Source: Rhodospirillales bacterium
Lineage (GTDB): Bacteria > Pseudomonadota > Alphaproteobacteria > Rhodospirillales > 2-12-FULL-67-15
Assembly (NCBI GenBank): GCA_016872535.1
Contig: VGZQ01000001.1
Location: 65,139-129,138 of the forward strand
DNA length: 64,000 bases
Direction of reading: 5' to 3'
Shown: positions 37,730 to 46,068 of the stretch, piece after piece
How positions within the stretch are numbered: position 1 is the stretch's first letter
Layout: each line of letters opens with the position of its first letter
Translations under genes and position numbers: made by a program
Notes under the pieces: generated by a model
Seen by the model: the letters and a program-made list of their open reading frames with translations, nothing else
Database searches by the model: none
Told to the model about the DNA's origin: nothing

Positions 37730-38047
37730 TCAATGCTTCAGCTTCGCGCGCAGCTCGTAATGCCGCGAGCGTTCGTCGAATCGCGCCAGGAGCGCGCGCG
37801 CCTTGGCCGGGACATAGGCCGTTTCGTGATCCTCGCCGGCGAAACGCCTGACCGCATCCCACCCGTCGAACCGCATCACGGTGACGAATTCCACCTCGTC
37901 GCCGACCGGACGCCGTAGAAGGTCGATGCCCCGGTATCCGGCGACGCCCTTGGCGGCGATGCCCGGAAAAATCTCCGTTTTAAGCAAATTCTCGTAGGCG
38001 TCGGCGTTTGCCGGCGTCGTCCAACCGTGCCAAATGCGGATGATCAT
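37730..38047 (-). CDS. Small ABM/Dabb-fold (antibiotic-biosynthesis-monooxygenase-like) protein
   Basis: 105 aa. The beta-alpha-beta pattern MIIRIWHGWT...VEFVTVMRFDGWDAVRRF is suggestive only. Confidence 0.6.
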   Translation of the reverse strand: MIIRIWHGWTTPANADAYENLLKTEIFPGIAAKGVAGYRGIDLLRRPVGDEVEFVTVMRFDGWDAVRRFAGEDHETAYVPAKARALLARFDERSRHYELRAKLKH

Positions 38048-38069
38048 GGGGGCGTCCTTTACGCGCGCG

Positions 38070-39053
38070 TCAATCCTCTTCCGCCAGCCATTCTTCTATC
38101 AAGAAGCGCGCGATCGAATCGGGCCGCGACAGCCTGAGGTCGCCCTCCGGCAACGCCTTCAACTCGGCGCGCGTGAACCAGCGCGCGTCGGCCAGTTCCT
38201 TTCCGTCGCGGCGAATGGCGTCGTCGGCCGCCGCGGCGCGGAAGCCGAGCATGAGGGACGCGGGAAACGGCCATGGCTGCGACGCGCGGTAGGATATGGC
38301 GGCGAGCCGCACGCCCGCCTCCTCCATCGCCTCGCGCGCGACCGCCGCTTCGAGCGCCTCGCCCGGCTCGACGAAACCGGCGAGCGCCGAATACATGCCC
38401 TCGGGCCAGTGGTGCTGGCGGGCGAGCAGGCAGCGCGCCGCGCCCGGCTTGCGGCGCGGCGCCGGTCGCGTCAGCAGCATGATGACCGCCGGATCGGTGC
38501 GCGGGAAATGATCGCGGCCGCAATCGGGACGGACGCAGCGCCGGGCATGGCCGCCGTCGCGCGATTCGGTCGGCGCGCCGCAGGCGCCGCAGAACCGGCT
38601 CGCGCCGTGCCAATGCGCCAGGCCGCGCGCGCAGGCGAGCAGCGCGGCCTCGCCGCCCGCCAGCAGCGCGCCCGCGGACCTCAGATCCCGGAACGCGGCG
38701 CCGTCCGACGCACCGTTCAGGAACCCGCCGAGATCGGCCTCGGCGATGTCCGACACGTCGGTGGCGAACCACGCCCCTTGGGCGTCGGCGCCGAGAAAAA
38801 TCCGCTCCCGGCCGGCGGCCAACGCGCGGCGCGCCGCCTCGCCGGCGAGCGCGACCATCGCCGGCGCGCCGTCCGCGGTGATCAGGTTGCGGTTGCGCCA
38901 AACCGGCACGACCCGGGTCGAGGACGCGGCCGCCGCTTCGGCCAGGGCCGCCGCGTCGCGGCGCAGGTGGCTCGCCCGGTCGAGCGGAAACGCGCAATAG
39001 GCGATTCGCGGGCGGTGATCGCGCTCCGGCATGGCCGCCAAAATCGCATGCAT
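38070..39053 (-). CDS. nudC: NADH pyrophosphatase (Nudix, zinc-ribbon)
   Basis: Zn ribbon CGACGAPT...CVRPDCGRDHFPR and Nudix box GFVEPGEALEAAVAREAMEEAGV. The start may be 39032 (MPERD). Confidence 0.85.
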   Translation of the reverse strand: MHAILAAMPERDHRPRIAYCAFPLDRASHLRRDAAALAEAAAASSTRVVPVWRNRNLITADGAPAMVALAGEAARRALAAGRERIFLGADAQGAWFATDVSDIAEADLGGFLNGASDGAAFRDLRSAGALLAGGEAALLACARGLAHWHGASRFCGACGAPTESRDGGHARRCVRPDCGRDHFPRTDPAVIMLLTRPAPRRKPGAARCLLARQHHWPEGMYSALAGFVEPGEALEAAVAREAMEEAGVRLAAISYRASQPWPFPASLMLGFRAAAADDAIRRDGKELADARWFTRAELKALPEGDLRLSRPDSIARFLIEEWLAEED

Positions 39054-39173
39054 GCCCGCCGCCGACAATCGGCGGTTTTTCGCCGATTTTGAGGCTTTTT
39101 TAACCAAGCGGCGGTTAATCAGGCAGTTGGTCCTCCGGGCGCCACGCGGCGCCGCTGGGCAAGGGGCGACGGT

Positions 39174-40259
39174 ATGGCGGCTCGCAAGCGAAGGTTCGGA
39201 TGCGGCGCGGTTCTCGCGGCGACGATCGTCGCCGGGTGCGCGCAGGTATCCATGCCGAGCGTGTTCGACGCCTGCGAGCCGGTGCCGGCCGGCGCGTTCG
39301 ACGCGGTCGACTGGAACGCTGCGCGCCTGATCAACGTTCGCGTCCGCCACGGCGAGTTTCAGCCTTCCCTGATCCGGCTGTATCAGGATCGCCCCTACGT
39401 GATGCGGCTCGAAAACCGCGACTCCACGTCGCGCCGGTTCCAGGCGTCGGGATTCTTCGCCGCCGTCCACATCCAGTCGATCACGCGCTCGAGCGGACCG
39501 GCGACCGAGGTATCTTGCCCGTACGGGATTTCGGTCGCGCCGCGCGAGGTGGTCGAGGTGCGCTTCATCGCCGCGCGCGACGGGCGCTACGAATACCGCG
39601 ACGATTTCCTGCCCTTCATGTTCGGGGGCATCCCGGACGGCATCGTCCACATCGAGGCGCCGCCGATGTTCGCCGCCCTGATGCCGCCTGCGATTCCCGG
39701 AATCACCAAACCCGTCGACGACATCCCGGTAGGTCCCTACGCGCCGGCGAGCGTCCCGGTCGTTCCGCCGGCGCCGGAAGCGCCTTCGCCCGCCGAGCCC
39801 GCCGCGATGCCCGCGGTTCCGCCCGCGCCCGAAACGCCGGCGATGCCGACGGAGCCTTCCGCGCTCCCGGTTCCGATGCCGGCACCCGAAGCGCCGCCCG
39901 CGGTGCCGACCGAGCCCGTCACCCTTCCCGTGCCACTGCCCGCGCCCGAAACGCCGCCCACGACGGAGCCCGTGACTGCACCCGTCATTCCGCCCGCGCC
40001 CGAAACTCCGGCGATGCCGACGGAACCGTCGGCGCTGCCGGTTCCCATGCCCGCGCCGCAAACACCCGCGACGCCTGTCGAGCCCTCCGCGTTTCCGATC
40101 GCGCCGCCCGCGCCGGAGACGCCGCCCGCCGCCGAACCCGCCGCGCCGATCTTCACGCTGCCGCCGCCCGCGATCGACAGGCCGCGCCCGCTGGCGCCCG
40201 AACACACGCCCGGCAATATTCCGCCGCGTCCGGGCGGCGTCGGCCTGTTCGGCCAATAA
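39174..40259 (+). CDS. Lipoprotein with beta-rich N-terminal domain and Pro-rich repetitive C-terminal half
   Basis: Lipobox LAATIVAGC. The C-terminal ~180 aa are P/A/E/T repeats (PPAPETPAMPTEPSALPVPMPAP...). Confidence 0.7.
   Translation: MAARKRRFGCGAVLAATIVAGCAQVSMPSVFDACEPVPAGAFDAVDWNAARLINVRVRHGEFQPSLIRLYQDRPYVMRLENRDSTSRRFQASGFFAAVHIQSITRSSGPATEVSCPYGISVAPREVVEVRFIAARDGRYEYRDDFLPFMFGGIPDGIVHIEAPPMFAALMPPAIPGITKPVDDIPVGPYAPASVPVVPPAPEAPSPAEPAAMPAVPPAPETPAMPTEPSALPVPMPAPEAPPAVPTEPVTLPVPLPAPETPPTTEPVTAPVIPPAPETPAMPTEPSALPVPMPAPQTPATPVEPSAFPIAPPAPETPPAAEPAAPIFTLPPPAIDRPRPLAPEHTPGNIPPRPGGVGLFGQ
39819..40130 (+). repeat. In-frame tandem duplication, 171-bp period (57 aa), inside the lipoprotein gene
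   Basis: Units start at 39819 and 39990 (ccgcccgcgcccgaaac[g/t]ccggcgatgccgacgga...). A partial third PPAPETP unit follows. Confidence 0.85.
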
Positions 40260-40297
40260 TTTTCCGCGCGCGTCTTATTTATCCACACGCTGTCCGC

Positions 40298-40323
40298 GCG
40301 CGCATCGGTTAGTGCGCGCTTTC
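40298..40323 (+). terminator. Hairpin GCGCGCA-N8-TGCGCGC followed by TTT, downstream of the lipoprotein gene
   Basis: 7-bp GC-rich stem with a short T-run, about 40 nt after the stop at 40259. Confidence 0.35.
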
Positions 40324-40351
40324 CGTTCCGGTCCCTCGCTTGGTATAGTCG

Positions 40352-40455
40352 GGCCGGGAGGTTGGCGCCGGACGAGCCCCTCGCCAACCCGGTCAGGTCC
40401 GGAAGGAAGCAGCCGTAACGAGTTCCGGCCCGGGTCGACGTTCAACCTCCCACCT
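40352..40455 (+). ncRNA. ffs: Signal recognition particle RNA (4.5S / small SRP RNA)
   Basis: Conserved core GGTCAGGTCCGGAAGGAAGCAGCC at 40391-40414. Closing helix GGGAGGTTG (40356-64) / CAACCTCCC (40443-51). TATAGT -10-like box at 40344-49. Classic position upstream of dnaX. Confidence 0.88.
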
Positions 40456-40495
40456 TCGCGGCTTGATCATTGCCACCGAAACCGGACGAGCGCCG

Positions 40496-42331
40496 ATGAC
40501 CGAACCGGCCGATCGCGATCCCGTTGCCTCCGACCGGACCGACGCGCCCCTAGCGGGGCACGCCGCCGGCGCCTATCGGGTGCTCGCCCGCAAGTACCGC
40601 CCCGCCACCTTCGCCGACCTGATCGGCCAGGAGGCGATGGTGCGCACGCTGACCAACGCCCTGCGCTCGGGCCGGCTCGCGCACGCCTTCGTGCTGACCG
40701 GGGTGCGCGGGGTCGGCAAGACCACGACCGCCCGCATCATCGCCCGCGCCCTCAACTGCGTCGGGCCCGACGGTCGGGGCGGGCCGACCGCCGAGCCCTG
40801 CGGCCGCTGCGAGCATTGCCGCGCGATCGCCGAGGACCGCCACGTCGACGTGATCGAGATGGACGCCGCCAGCCGCACCGGCGTCGACGACATCCGCGAG
40901 CTGATCGACGGCGTGCGCTACCGCCCGACCTCGGCGCGTTACAAGATCTACATCGTCGACGAAGTGCACATGCTGTCGAAGAACGCCTTCAACGCGCTCC
41001 TGAAGACGCTGGAGGAACCGCCGCCGCACGTCAAATTCGTCTTCGCCACCACCGAAATCCGCAAGATCCCGGTCACCGTGCTGTCGCGCTGCCAGCGCTT
41101 CGATTTGCGCCGCATCGACGAGGACGCTTTGCGCGCGCACTTCCGCGCCATCGCCGAACGCGAGGGCGCGAAAATCGCCGACGCCGCCCTCGGCCTGATC
41201 GCGCGCGCCGCCGACGGCAGCGTGCGCGACGGCTTGAGCCTGCTCGACCAGGCCATCTCCCACGTCGAGGATCAAAACGAAATCGGCGAAGCCGACGTGC
41301 GCGCCATGCTCGGGCTCGCCGACCGCACGCTCACCTTCGATCTGGTCGAGGCGGCGCTCGCGGGCGACGCGGCGCGCGCGCTCGGCGTTCTTGCCGCCCA
41401 GCACGACGCCGGGGCCGACGCCGCGCAGGCGATCGAGGACGCGCTCGGCTTGGTCCATTGGCTGACGCGGATCAAGCTCGCGCCCGAGGCCGCCGACGAT
41501 CTCGCCGTGCCCGAATTGGAACGAAAGCGCGGCCGCGCCATGGCCGAAGCGCTTTCGATCCCGGCGCTGGCGCGGGCGTGGCAGGTTCTGCTGAAGGGCC
41601 TCGCCGAAACCCGAAGCGCCCCCAACGGCGCGGAAGCGGCGGCGATGGTGCTGGTCAGACTTGCTTACGCGAGCGCGCTGCCGACGCCGGAAGAAGCGAT
41701 CCGCGCCCTCGACGCGGGCGGCGCCGCGCGTCCGGCGACGATATCGCCGTCGGCGCCCAGGACGACCGTTCCGCCTCCGCCCGCGTCGGCGTCGGCGCGT
41801 CCCTCGACCGCGCCCCGTACGTCCGCCGCGCTCGCGCAAACCATACCGATGGCCGCGCCGCAAACCGACCAGCCGGTCGCCGCCGAAACCGCCGCACCGA
41901 TTGCGTTCGAGTCGCCCAAGCTGGAGACCTTCGAGCAGGTGGCGGCCTTGGCCTCCGCGCGGAAAGAAGGCCGCCTCGCCGGTCATTTGCAGCGCGACGT
42001 GCATTTGGTCCGGTTCGAGCCGGGCCGGATCGAATTCCGCCCCGGCGAACACGCCCCCGACGACCTCGCCCGCCAACTCAGCGCCTTTCTCAACCGCGAA
42101 ACCGGCCGCACCTGGCTGATCGGCGTGTCCTCCGCCGCCGGCGGCCGCACGCTGGCGGAAGAGAAGGAAGCCGCACGCGCCTCCTTGCGCGCCGAGATCG
42201 CCGAGCACCCCTTCGTCAAGGCGGTGCAGGCCGCATTCCCCGGCGCCCGGATCGAGGACGTGCGCCCGCCCAAGCGCGAGGACGCGCCGGAAATCGGAGA
42301 AGCAAGCGAAGAGCCGAGCGGCGAATTCTGA
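40496..42331 (+). CDS. dnaX: DNA polymerase III subunits gamma/tau
   Basis: YRVLARKYRPATFADLIGQE..., Walker A LTGVRGVGKTTTARI, Zn module CGRCEHC, DEVHMLS. Confidence 0.95.
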   Translation: MTEPADRDPVASDRTDAPLAGHAAGAYRVLARKYRPATFADLIGQEAMVRTLTNALRSGRLAHAFVLTGVRGVGKTTTARIIARALNCVGPDGRGGPTAEPCGRCEHCRAIAEDRHVDVIEMDAASRTGVDDIRELIDGVRYRPTSARYKIYIVDEVHMLSKNAFNALLKTLEEPPPHVKFVFATTEIRKIPVTVLSRCQRFDLRRIDEDALRAHFRAIAEREGAKIADAALGLIARAADGSVRDGLSLLDQAISHVEDQNEIGEADVRAMLGLADRTLTFDLVEAALAGDAARALGVLAAQHDAGADAAQAIEDALGLVHWLTRIKLAPEAADDLAVPELERKRGRAMAEALSIPALARAWQVLLKGLAETRSAPNGAEAAAMVLVRLAYASALPTPEEAIRALDAGGAARPATISPSAPRTTVPPPPASASARPSTAPRTSAALAQTIPMAAPQTDQPVAAETAAPIAFESPKLETFEQVAALASARKEGRLAGHLQRDVHLVRFEPGRIEFRPGEHAPDDLARQLSAFLNRETGRTWLIGVSSAAGGRTLAEEKEAARASLRAEIAEHPFVKAVQAAFPGARIEDVRPPKREDAPEIGEASEEPSGEF

Positions 42332-42332
42332 T

Positions 42333-43157
42333 CTAGGCCCCGACCAGGGCGTGCGCCAAGGCGGCGGGCGAAATCGGTTTTTCCAGAACCGCGTCCAACG
42401 TTCCCGAACCGGCCTGATTCCAGATTTGATCGGCGGCGAGGCCGCTGAGGGCGACGATTCGCGTTTGAGGCGAAACCGCCCGGATCGCGGCGGCGAACGC
42501 GTGCGCGGGCATTCCGTCCATCACCCAATCGCAAATGACCCGGTTCCCCGGCCGTTGGTTCCAGCGGTCGATGGCTTCCGCGCCGCTGGCCGCGAGGCTG
42601 ACATCCTTCACGCCGAAAGCCTTGAGGACGCTGACGAGGAACTTGCGGAACCTGGGATTATCCTCGACCACCTGCACGCGCATGCGGGCAAAATCGGGGT
42701 TACGCACGCCGATGCTGTCCGCGAAGTGAATCGATTCGGCGTTCGCGACGGCCCCGGTCATAGTGCGGCATTGTTCCAGATAGGCGAAATCCTCGGTCCG
42801 GATGTGCTCGACCAGCCATCGATGCAAAAAGTCGCGCACTTCGTTCTTCTCGACGCTGGCGGAGTCTTGGCGGAACTTGCGGGTGATTTCCGCCACCCGC
42901 CCGGCGATATTGCCGTGGATGCGGCGGTGTTCCTCGAACCCGGCGTAGCCGCAGGCCAGCAGCATCGCTTCCTCGCGGGCGAAATGATAGACGGTGTAGT
43001 CGTTGAGCGCGTTCAGCACGCTGGCGAGTAATGCGGTCTCCTCGGCGGCACTGATTCCCTCTTCGACCTGATTGAGCAGCCCGACCAACATCCGATGATC
43101 CGCGTCCACGAACGGAATCCCGGTTTCCAGCGATTGTGTCCAATGAATCTTGGCCAT
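42333..43157 (-). CDS. Bacteriohemerythrin domain fused to a C-terminal response-regulator receiver domain
   Basis: Hemerythrin ligand pattern: WTQSLETGIPFVDADHRML, YHFAREE, HRRIH, VEHIRTED. Receiver: VQVVEDN...VICDWVMDGMP...ALSG...EKP. Confidence 0.8.
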   Translation of the reverse strand: MAKIHWTQSLETGIPFVDADHRMLVGLLNQVEEGISAAEETALLASVLNALNDYTVYHFAREEAMLLACGYAGFEEHRRIHGNIAGRVAEITRKFRQDSASVEKNEVRDFLHRWLVEHIRTEDFAYLEQCRTMTGAVANAESIHFADSIGVRNPDFARMRVQVVEDNPRFRKFLVSVLKAFGVKDVSLAASGAEAIDRWNQRPGNRVICDWVMDGMPAHAFAAAIRAVSPQTRIVALSGLAADQIWNQAGSGTLDAVLEKPISPAALAHALVGA

Positions 43158-43369
43158 CTACTGCTTCCTTCCGTGACCGGGGCGGTCGCTTCCCGAACTC
43201 CCGCAAATTGTATAGTTTTGCCGAAATGCGGTACTATTATGGAAAAACCCTCATCCATGTGTGGTTAGAGAACTTTTTGATTTTTGAAGAAATTCCGGAT
43301 CGTATGGTCTAACCCGATGCGAAGCCCACGGCGCCGATTTGGTTGCGTATCCGAAACGAGGTCCGAACG

Positions 43370-43693
43370 ATGAAAAACCTAGCCCAGATGCTGAAGCAGG
43401 CGGGCGAGCTGCAGGCGCGCATGCAGGCGATGCAGGATCAGCTCGCGACCCTCGAAGTCACCGGCGGCGCGGGCAATGGCAAGGTCGAGGTGGTCGCCAC
43501 CGGCAAGGGCGAGGTGCGCCGGGTGCGGATCGCCCCCGAGCTGCTCGTCCAGGGCGACGCCGGCCTGCTGGAGGATTTGGTGCGGGTCGCCGTCAACGAC
43601 GCCCGCGCCAAGGCCGACGCCGAGGCGAAGGCGCGCCTTTCCGAACTCACCGGCGGGCTGCCGCTGCCGCCCGGATTCCAATTGCCGTTCTAG
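43370..43693 (+). CDS. ybaB: Nucleoid-associated protein YbaB/EbfC
   Basis: [25 protein letters not shown]...[10 protein letters not shown]...G. GAGG RBS at 43358-61. Confidence 0.92.
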   Translation: MKNLAQMLKQAGELQARMQAMQDQLATLEVTGGAGNGKVEVVATGKGEVRRVRIAPELLVQGDAGLLEDLVRVAVNDARAKADAEAKARLSELTGGLPLPPGFQLPF

Positions 43694-43718
43694 TCGCCGG
43701 CCTTATGCCCAACGTCTC

Positions 43719-44306
43719 ATGCTCGACATCGAACGCCTGATCCAGATGCTCGCGCGCCTGCCGAGCCTCGGGCCCCGCTCGGCCCGGCGCGTCGCGCTGC
43801 ACCTTTTGAAACGCAAGGACGCGACGCTGACGCCGCTGGTCCAGGCGCTGACCGAGGCCGCCGCCAACGTCCGCACGTGTTCCGCCTGCGGCAACCTCGA
43901 CACCGCCGATCCGTGCGGCATCTGCGCCGACGCCAAGCGCGATCTCTCGGTGCTGTGCGTGGTGGAAGACGTGGCCGATTTGTGGGCGATGGAGCGCGCG
44001 GGCGCCTTTCGCGGGCGCTATCACGTGCTGGGGGGCGCGCTCTCGGCGCTCGACGGCGTCGGCCCCGAGGAATTGCGCATCCCGAAGCTGGTCGAGCGCG
44101 TCGCCGCCGAGCGGATCGGCGAGGTGATCCTCGCCACCAACGCCACTGTCGAGGGCCAGACCACGGCGCACTACATCGCCGAACGGCTGGCCGGCACCGG
44201 GGCCAAGGTTTCGGGCCTCGCCCAGGGGATTCCGGTCGGCGGCGAACTCGATTACCTCGACGACGGCACGCTGTCGGCCGCGCTCAAGGCGCGCCGCGTG
44301 TTGTAG
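43719..44306 (+). CDS. recR: Recombination protein RecR
   Basis: [17 protein letters not shown], Zn finger [16 protein letters not shown], Toprim [12 protein letters not shown]. Confidence 0.95.
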   Translation: MLDIERLIQMLARLPSLGPRSARRVALHLLKRKDATLTPLVQALTEAAANVRTCSACGNLDTADPCGICADAKRDLSVLCVVEDVADLWAMERAGAFRGRYHVLGGALSALDGVGPEELRIPKLVERVAAERIGEVILATNATVEGQTTAHYIAERLAGTGAKVSGLAQGIPVGGELDYLDDGTLSAALKARRVL

Positions 44307-44334
44307 CGGGCGCCGGCTTGCCGCCGCCGCCCCG

Positions 44335-44349
44335 TTGGCATAATATGCC
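44335..44349. promoter_or_regulatory. Perfect palindrome TGGCATA-A-TATGCCA, 31-45 nt upstream of parD (putative operator overlapping a CATAAT -10-like box)
   Basis: Read directly from the sequence. Confidence 0.5.
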
Positions 44350-44379
44350 ATAGCCCGCCGCGCACTTCGGAAAACGCCA

Positions 44380-44682
44380 ATGCCGACCCGCAACGTCGTC
44401 CTGACCGAACGCCAAACCCGCCAGATCGAACGGCTGGTGTCGTCCGGCCGCTACCAGAACGCGAGCGAGGTTCTGCGCGAGGGCTTGCGGCTGATCGAAT
44501 CCCGGGACGCGGAGGAAAAAGCGCGCCGCGCCGCCTTGCGCGCCGCCGTCCAGGTCGGCATCGACGACATCGAGGCCGGACGGTACCGGAGCTTCGCGAG
44601 CCCGGGCGCGCTGCGCCGGTACCTGAAAACGTCGGCGAGGGCGGCGATCAAACAAGGCCGCGCGCGAACGGAGCCGGATTGA
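44380..44682 (+). CDS. parD: ParD-family (RHH, COG3609-like) antitoxin
   Basis: MPTRNVVLTERQTRQIERLVSSGRYQNASEVLREGLRLIE... is the typical ParD N-terminus. Confidence 0.8.
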   Translation: MPTRNVVLTERQTRQIERLVSSGRYQNASEVLREGLRLIESRDAEEKARRAALRAAVQVGIDDIEAGRYRSFASPGALRRYLKTSARAAIKQGRARTEPD

Positions 44683-45074
44683 GGCCCGCGCGCGGTTCCT
44701 GGCGGGTGCGCCTGACGGCCGCCGCCGAAACCGACTTCAACCGGATTTTGCGGGAAACCGCCGAACGCTTCGGCGAGCGCCAGGCGACCGTCTACGCCGA
44801 AACGCTGCTGGCCGCGCTGGAGGCGTTGCGGGACGGCCCGCGCGCGCCGGGCGCCAGGCCGCGCGACGAACTGGCCAAGGGAATTTTCACGCTCCATGCC
44901 GCGCGCGCCGGGCGCAAGGCCCGGCACTTGATCGTGTTCCGGATCGAACCGGGGCGCGGCGGAAAATTCGTGCAGGTCTTGCGCGTCCTGCACGAAGCGA
45001 TGGATTTGCCCCGCCGCGTCGCGCCGATAGGCGCGCATTCGCGCGTCGCAACGGGCGAAAGCGGCGATTCTTGA
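44679..45074 (+). CDS. parE: ParE/RelE-superfamily toxin
   Basis: TTG start overlapping the parD stop. ...AETDFNRILRETAERFGERQA..Y...L......RHLIVFRIE....VQVLRVLHEAMDL. Confidence 0.75.
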   Translation: MRPARGSWRVRLTAAAETDFNRILRETAERFGERQATVYAETLLAALEALRDGPRAPGARPRDELAKGIFTLHAARAGRKARHLIVFRIEPGRGGKFVQVLRVLHEAMDLPRRVAPIGAHSRVATGESGDS

Positions 45075-45117
45075 GGGCGGCGCGACGCGCTCAAGGCGCG
45101 CCGGGCGCTGTAGGACT

Positions 45118-46059
45118 CTATTTCTTCTCCGGCACGTCCGCCTCGGCGACGCGGGCGATGCGGCCGGCGAGCTTGTCGGCCGAAATCCGCACCTGGCGCA
45201 GCGTGTCGACCACCCGGCCGAATCCGGTTTCCAGTTCGCCCGCGCGCTGTACCAGGCGGTCGGCGTCGTCCTTGAGCCGCTGCACCTCGGTGCGGATTTC
45301 CTCGGCGCGCTCGACCATCGCCGCGTCCTGCACGACGGCGCGCACCGTGGTCAGCGCCGCCATCAGCGTGGTCGGCGAGACGATCCCGACGCGCAACCGG
45401 TGCGCCTCCTCGACCGCGTCGGAAAGATGGGCGTGGATTTCGGCGTAGACCGCTTCCGAGGGCACGAACATCAGCGCCCAGTCGGCGGTTTCGCCGCGCA
45501 CGATGTATTTCTCGGCGATGTCCTTGACGTGCTTGACCACGTCCTGGCCGAGCTGCTTTCGCGCCCGGATGCGCGCCGCGTCGTCGGCGGCCGCCTGCAC
45601 CGCGCGGAACGATTCCAACGGGAACTTGGCGTCGACCCCGATCGGTCCCGGCGGTTTCGGCAATTTGACCAGGCAATCGACGCGCTTGCCGTTGGCGAGC
45701 GTCGCCTGCATTTCGAACATGCCTTCCGCCAGCACGTCGCGGACCAAATCCTCCATCTGGCGCTGGCCGAAGGCGCCGCGCGCCTGCTTGTCGCCGAACA
45801 CGCGGTTGAGGTCGACCACCTGCTCGGCGAGCTTCTCGATGTTGGCGCGCGCCGAATCGATCACCGCCACCTTGTCGGTGATCGATTGCAGCCGCTGGTG
45901 GGTATGGCCGAAGGCCGCCGTGATTTCGCCCTTCAAAGCGGCGAACTCGCGCATCACGCCGTCGAACGGCTCCGCCGACGCGCCCCGCCTAAGCGCGACG
46001 AAGGCGAGCACAAGCGCCGCGAGCGCGACGATGACGGCGGCGACGGCGACGAGTTCCAT
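45118..46059 (-). CDS. rmuC: DNA recombination protein RmuC
   Basis: N-terminal TM segment, coiled coil, then ...RVDCLVKLP...IGVDAKFPLE...MFVPSEAVY... nuclease-like core. Confidence 0.88.
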   Translation of the reverse strand: MELVAVAAVIVALAALVLAFVALRRGASAEPFDGVMREFAALKGEITAAFGHTHQRLQSITDKVAVIDSARANIEKLAEQVVDLNRVFGDKQARGAFGQRQMEDLVRDVLAEGMFEMQATLANGKRVDCLVKLPKPPGPIGVDAKFPLESFRAVQAAADDAARIRARKQLGQDVVKHVKDIAEKYIVRGETADWALMFVPSEAVYAEIHAHLSDAVEEAHRLRVGIVSPTTLMAALTTVRAVVQDAAMVERAEEIRTEVQRLKDDADRLVQRAGELETGFGRVVDTLRQVRISADKLAGRIARVAEADVPEKK

Positions 46060-46068
46060 CGCGCGAGC

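Noticed and set aside
39737-40387. 216-aa Gly-rich minus-strand ORF, and the 39200..40312 + ORF.
   Set aside because: They are antisense or out-of-frame images of the Pro-rich repeat region of the lipoprotein gene. The minus-strand ORF also runs through the SRP RNA gene.
40496-42331. Programmed -1 frameshift site in dnaX (A AAA AAG type).
   Set aside because: I did not see an A-rich slippery heptamer anywhere in the gene. A gamma subunit, if made, would need another mechanism.
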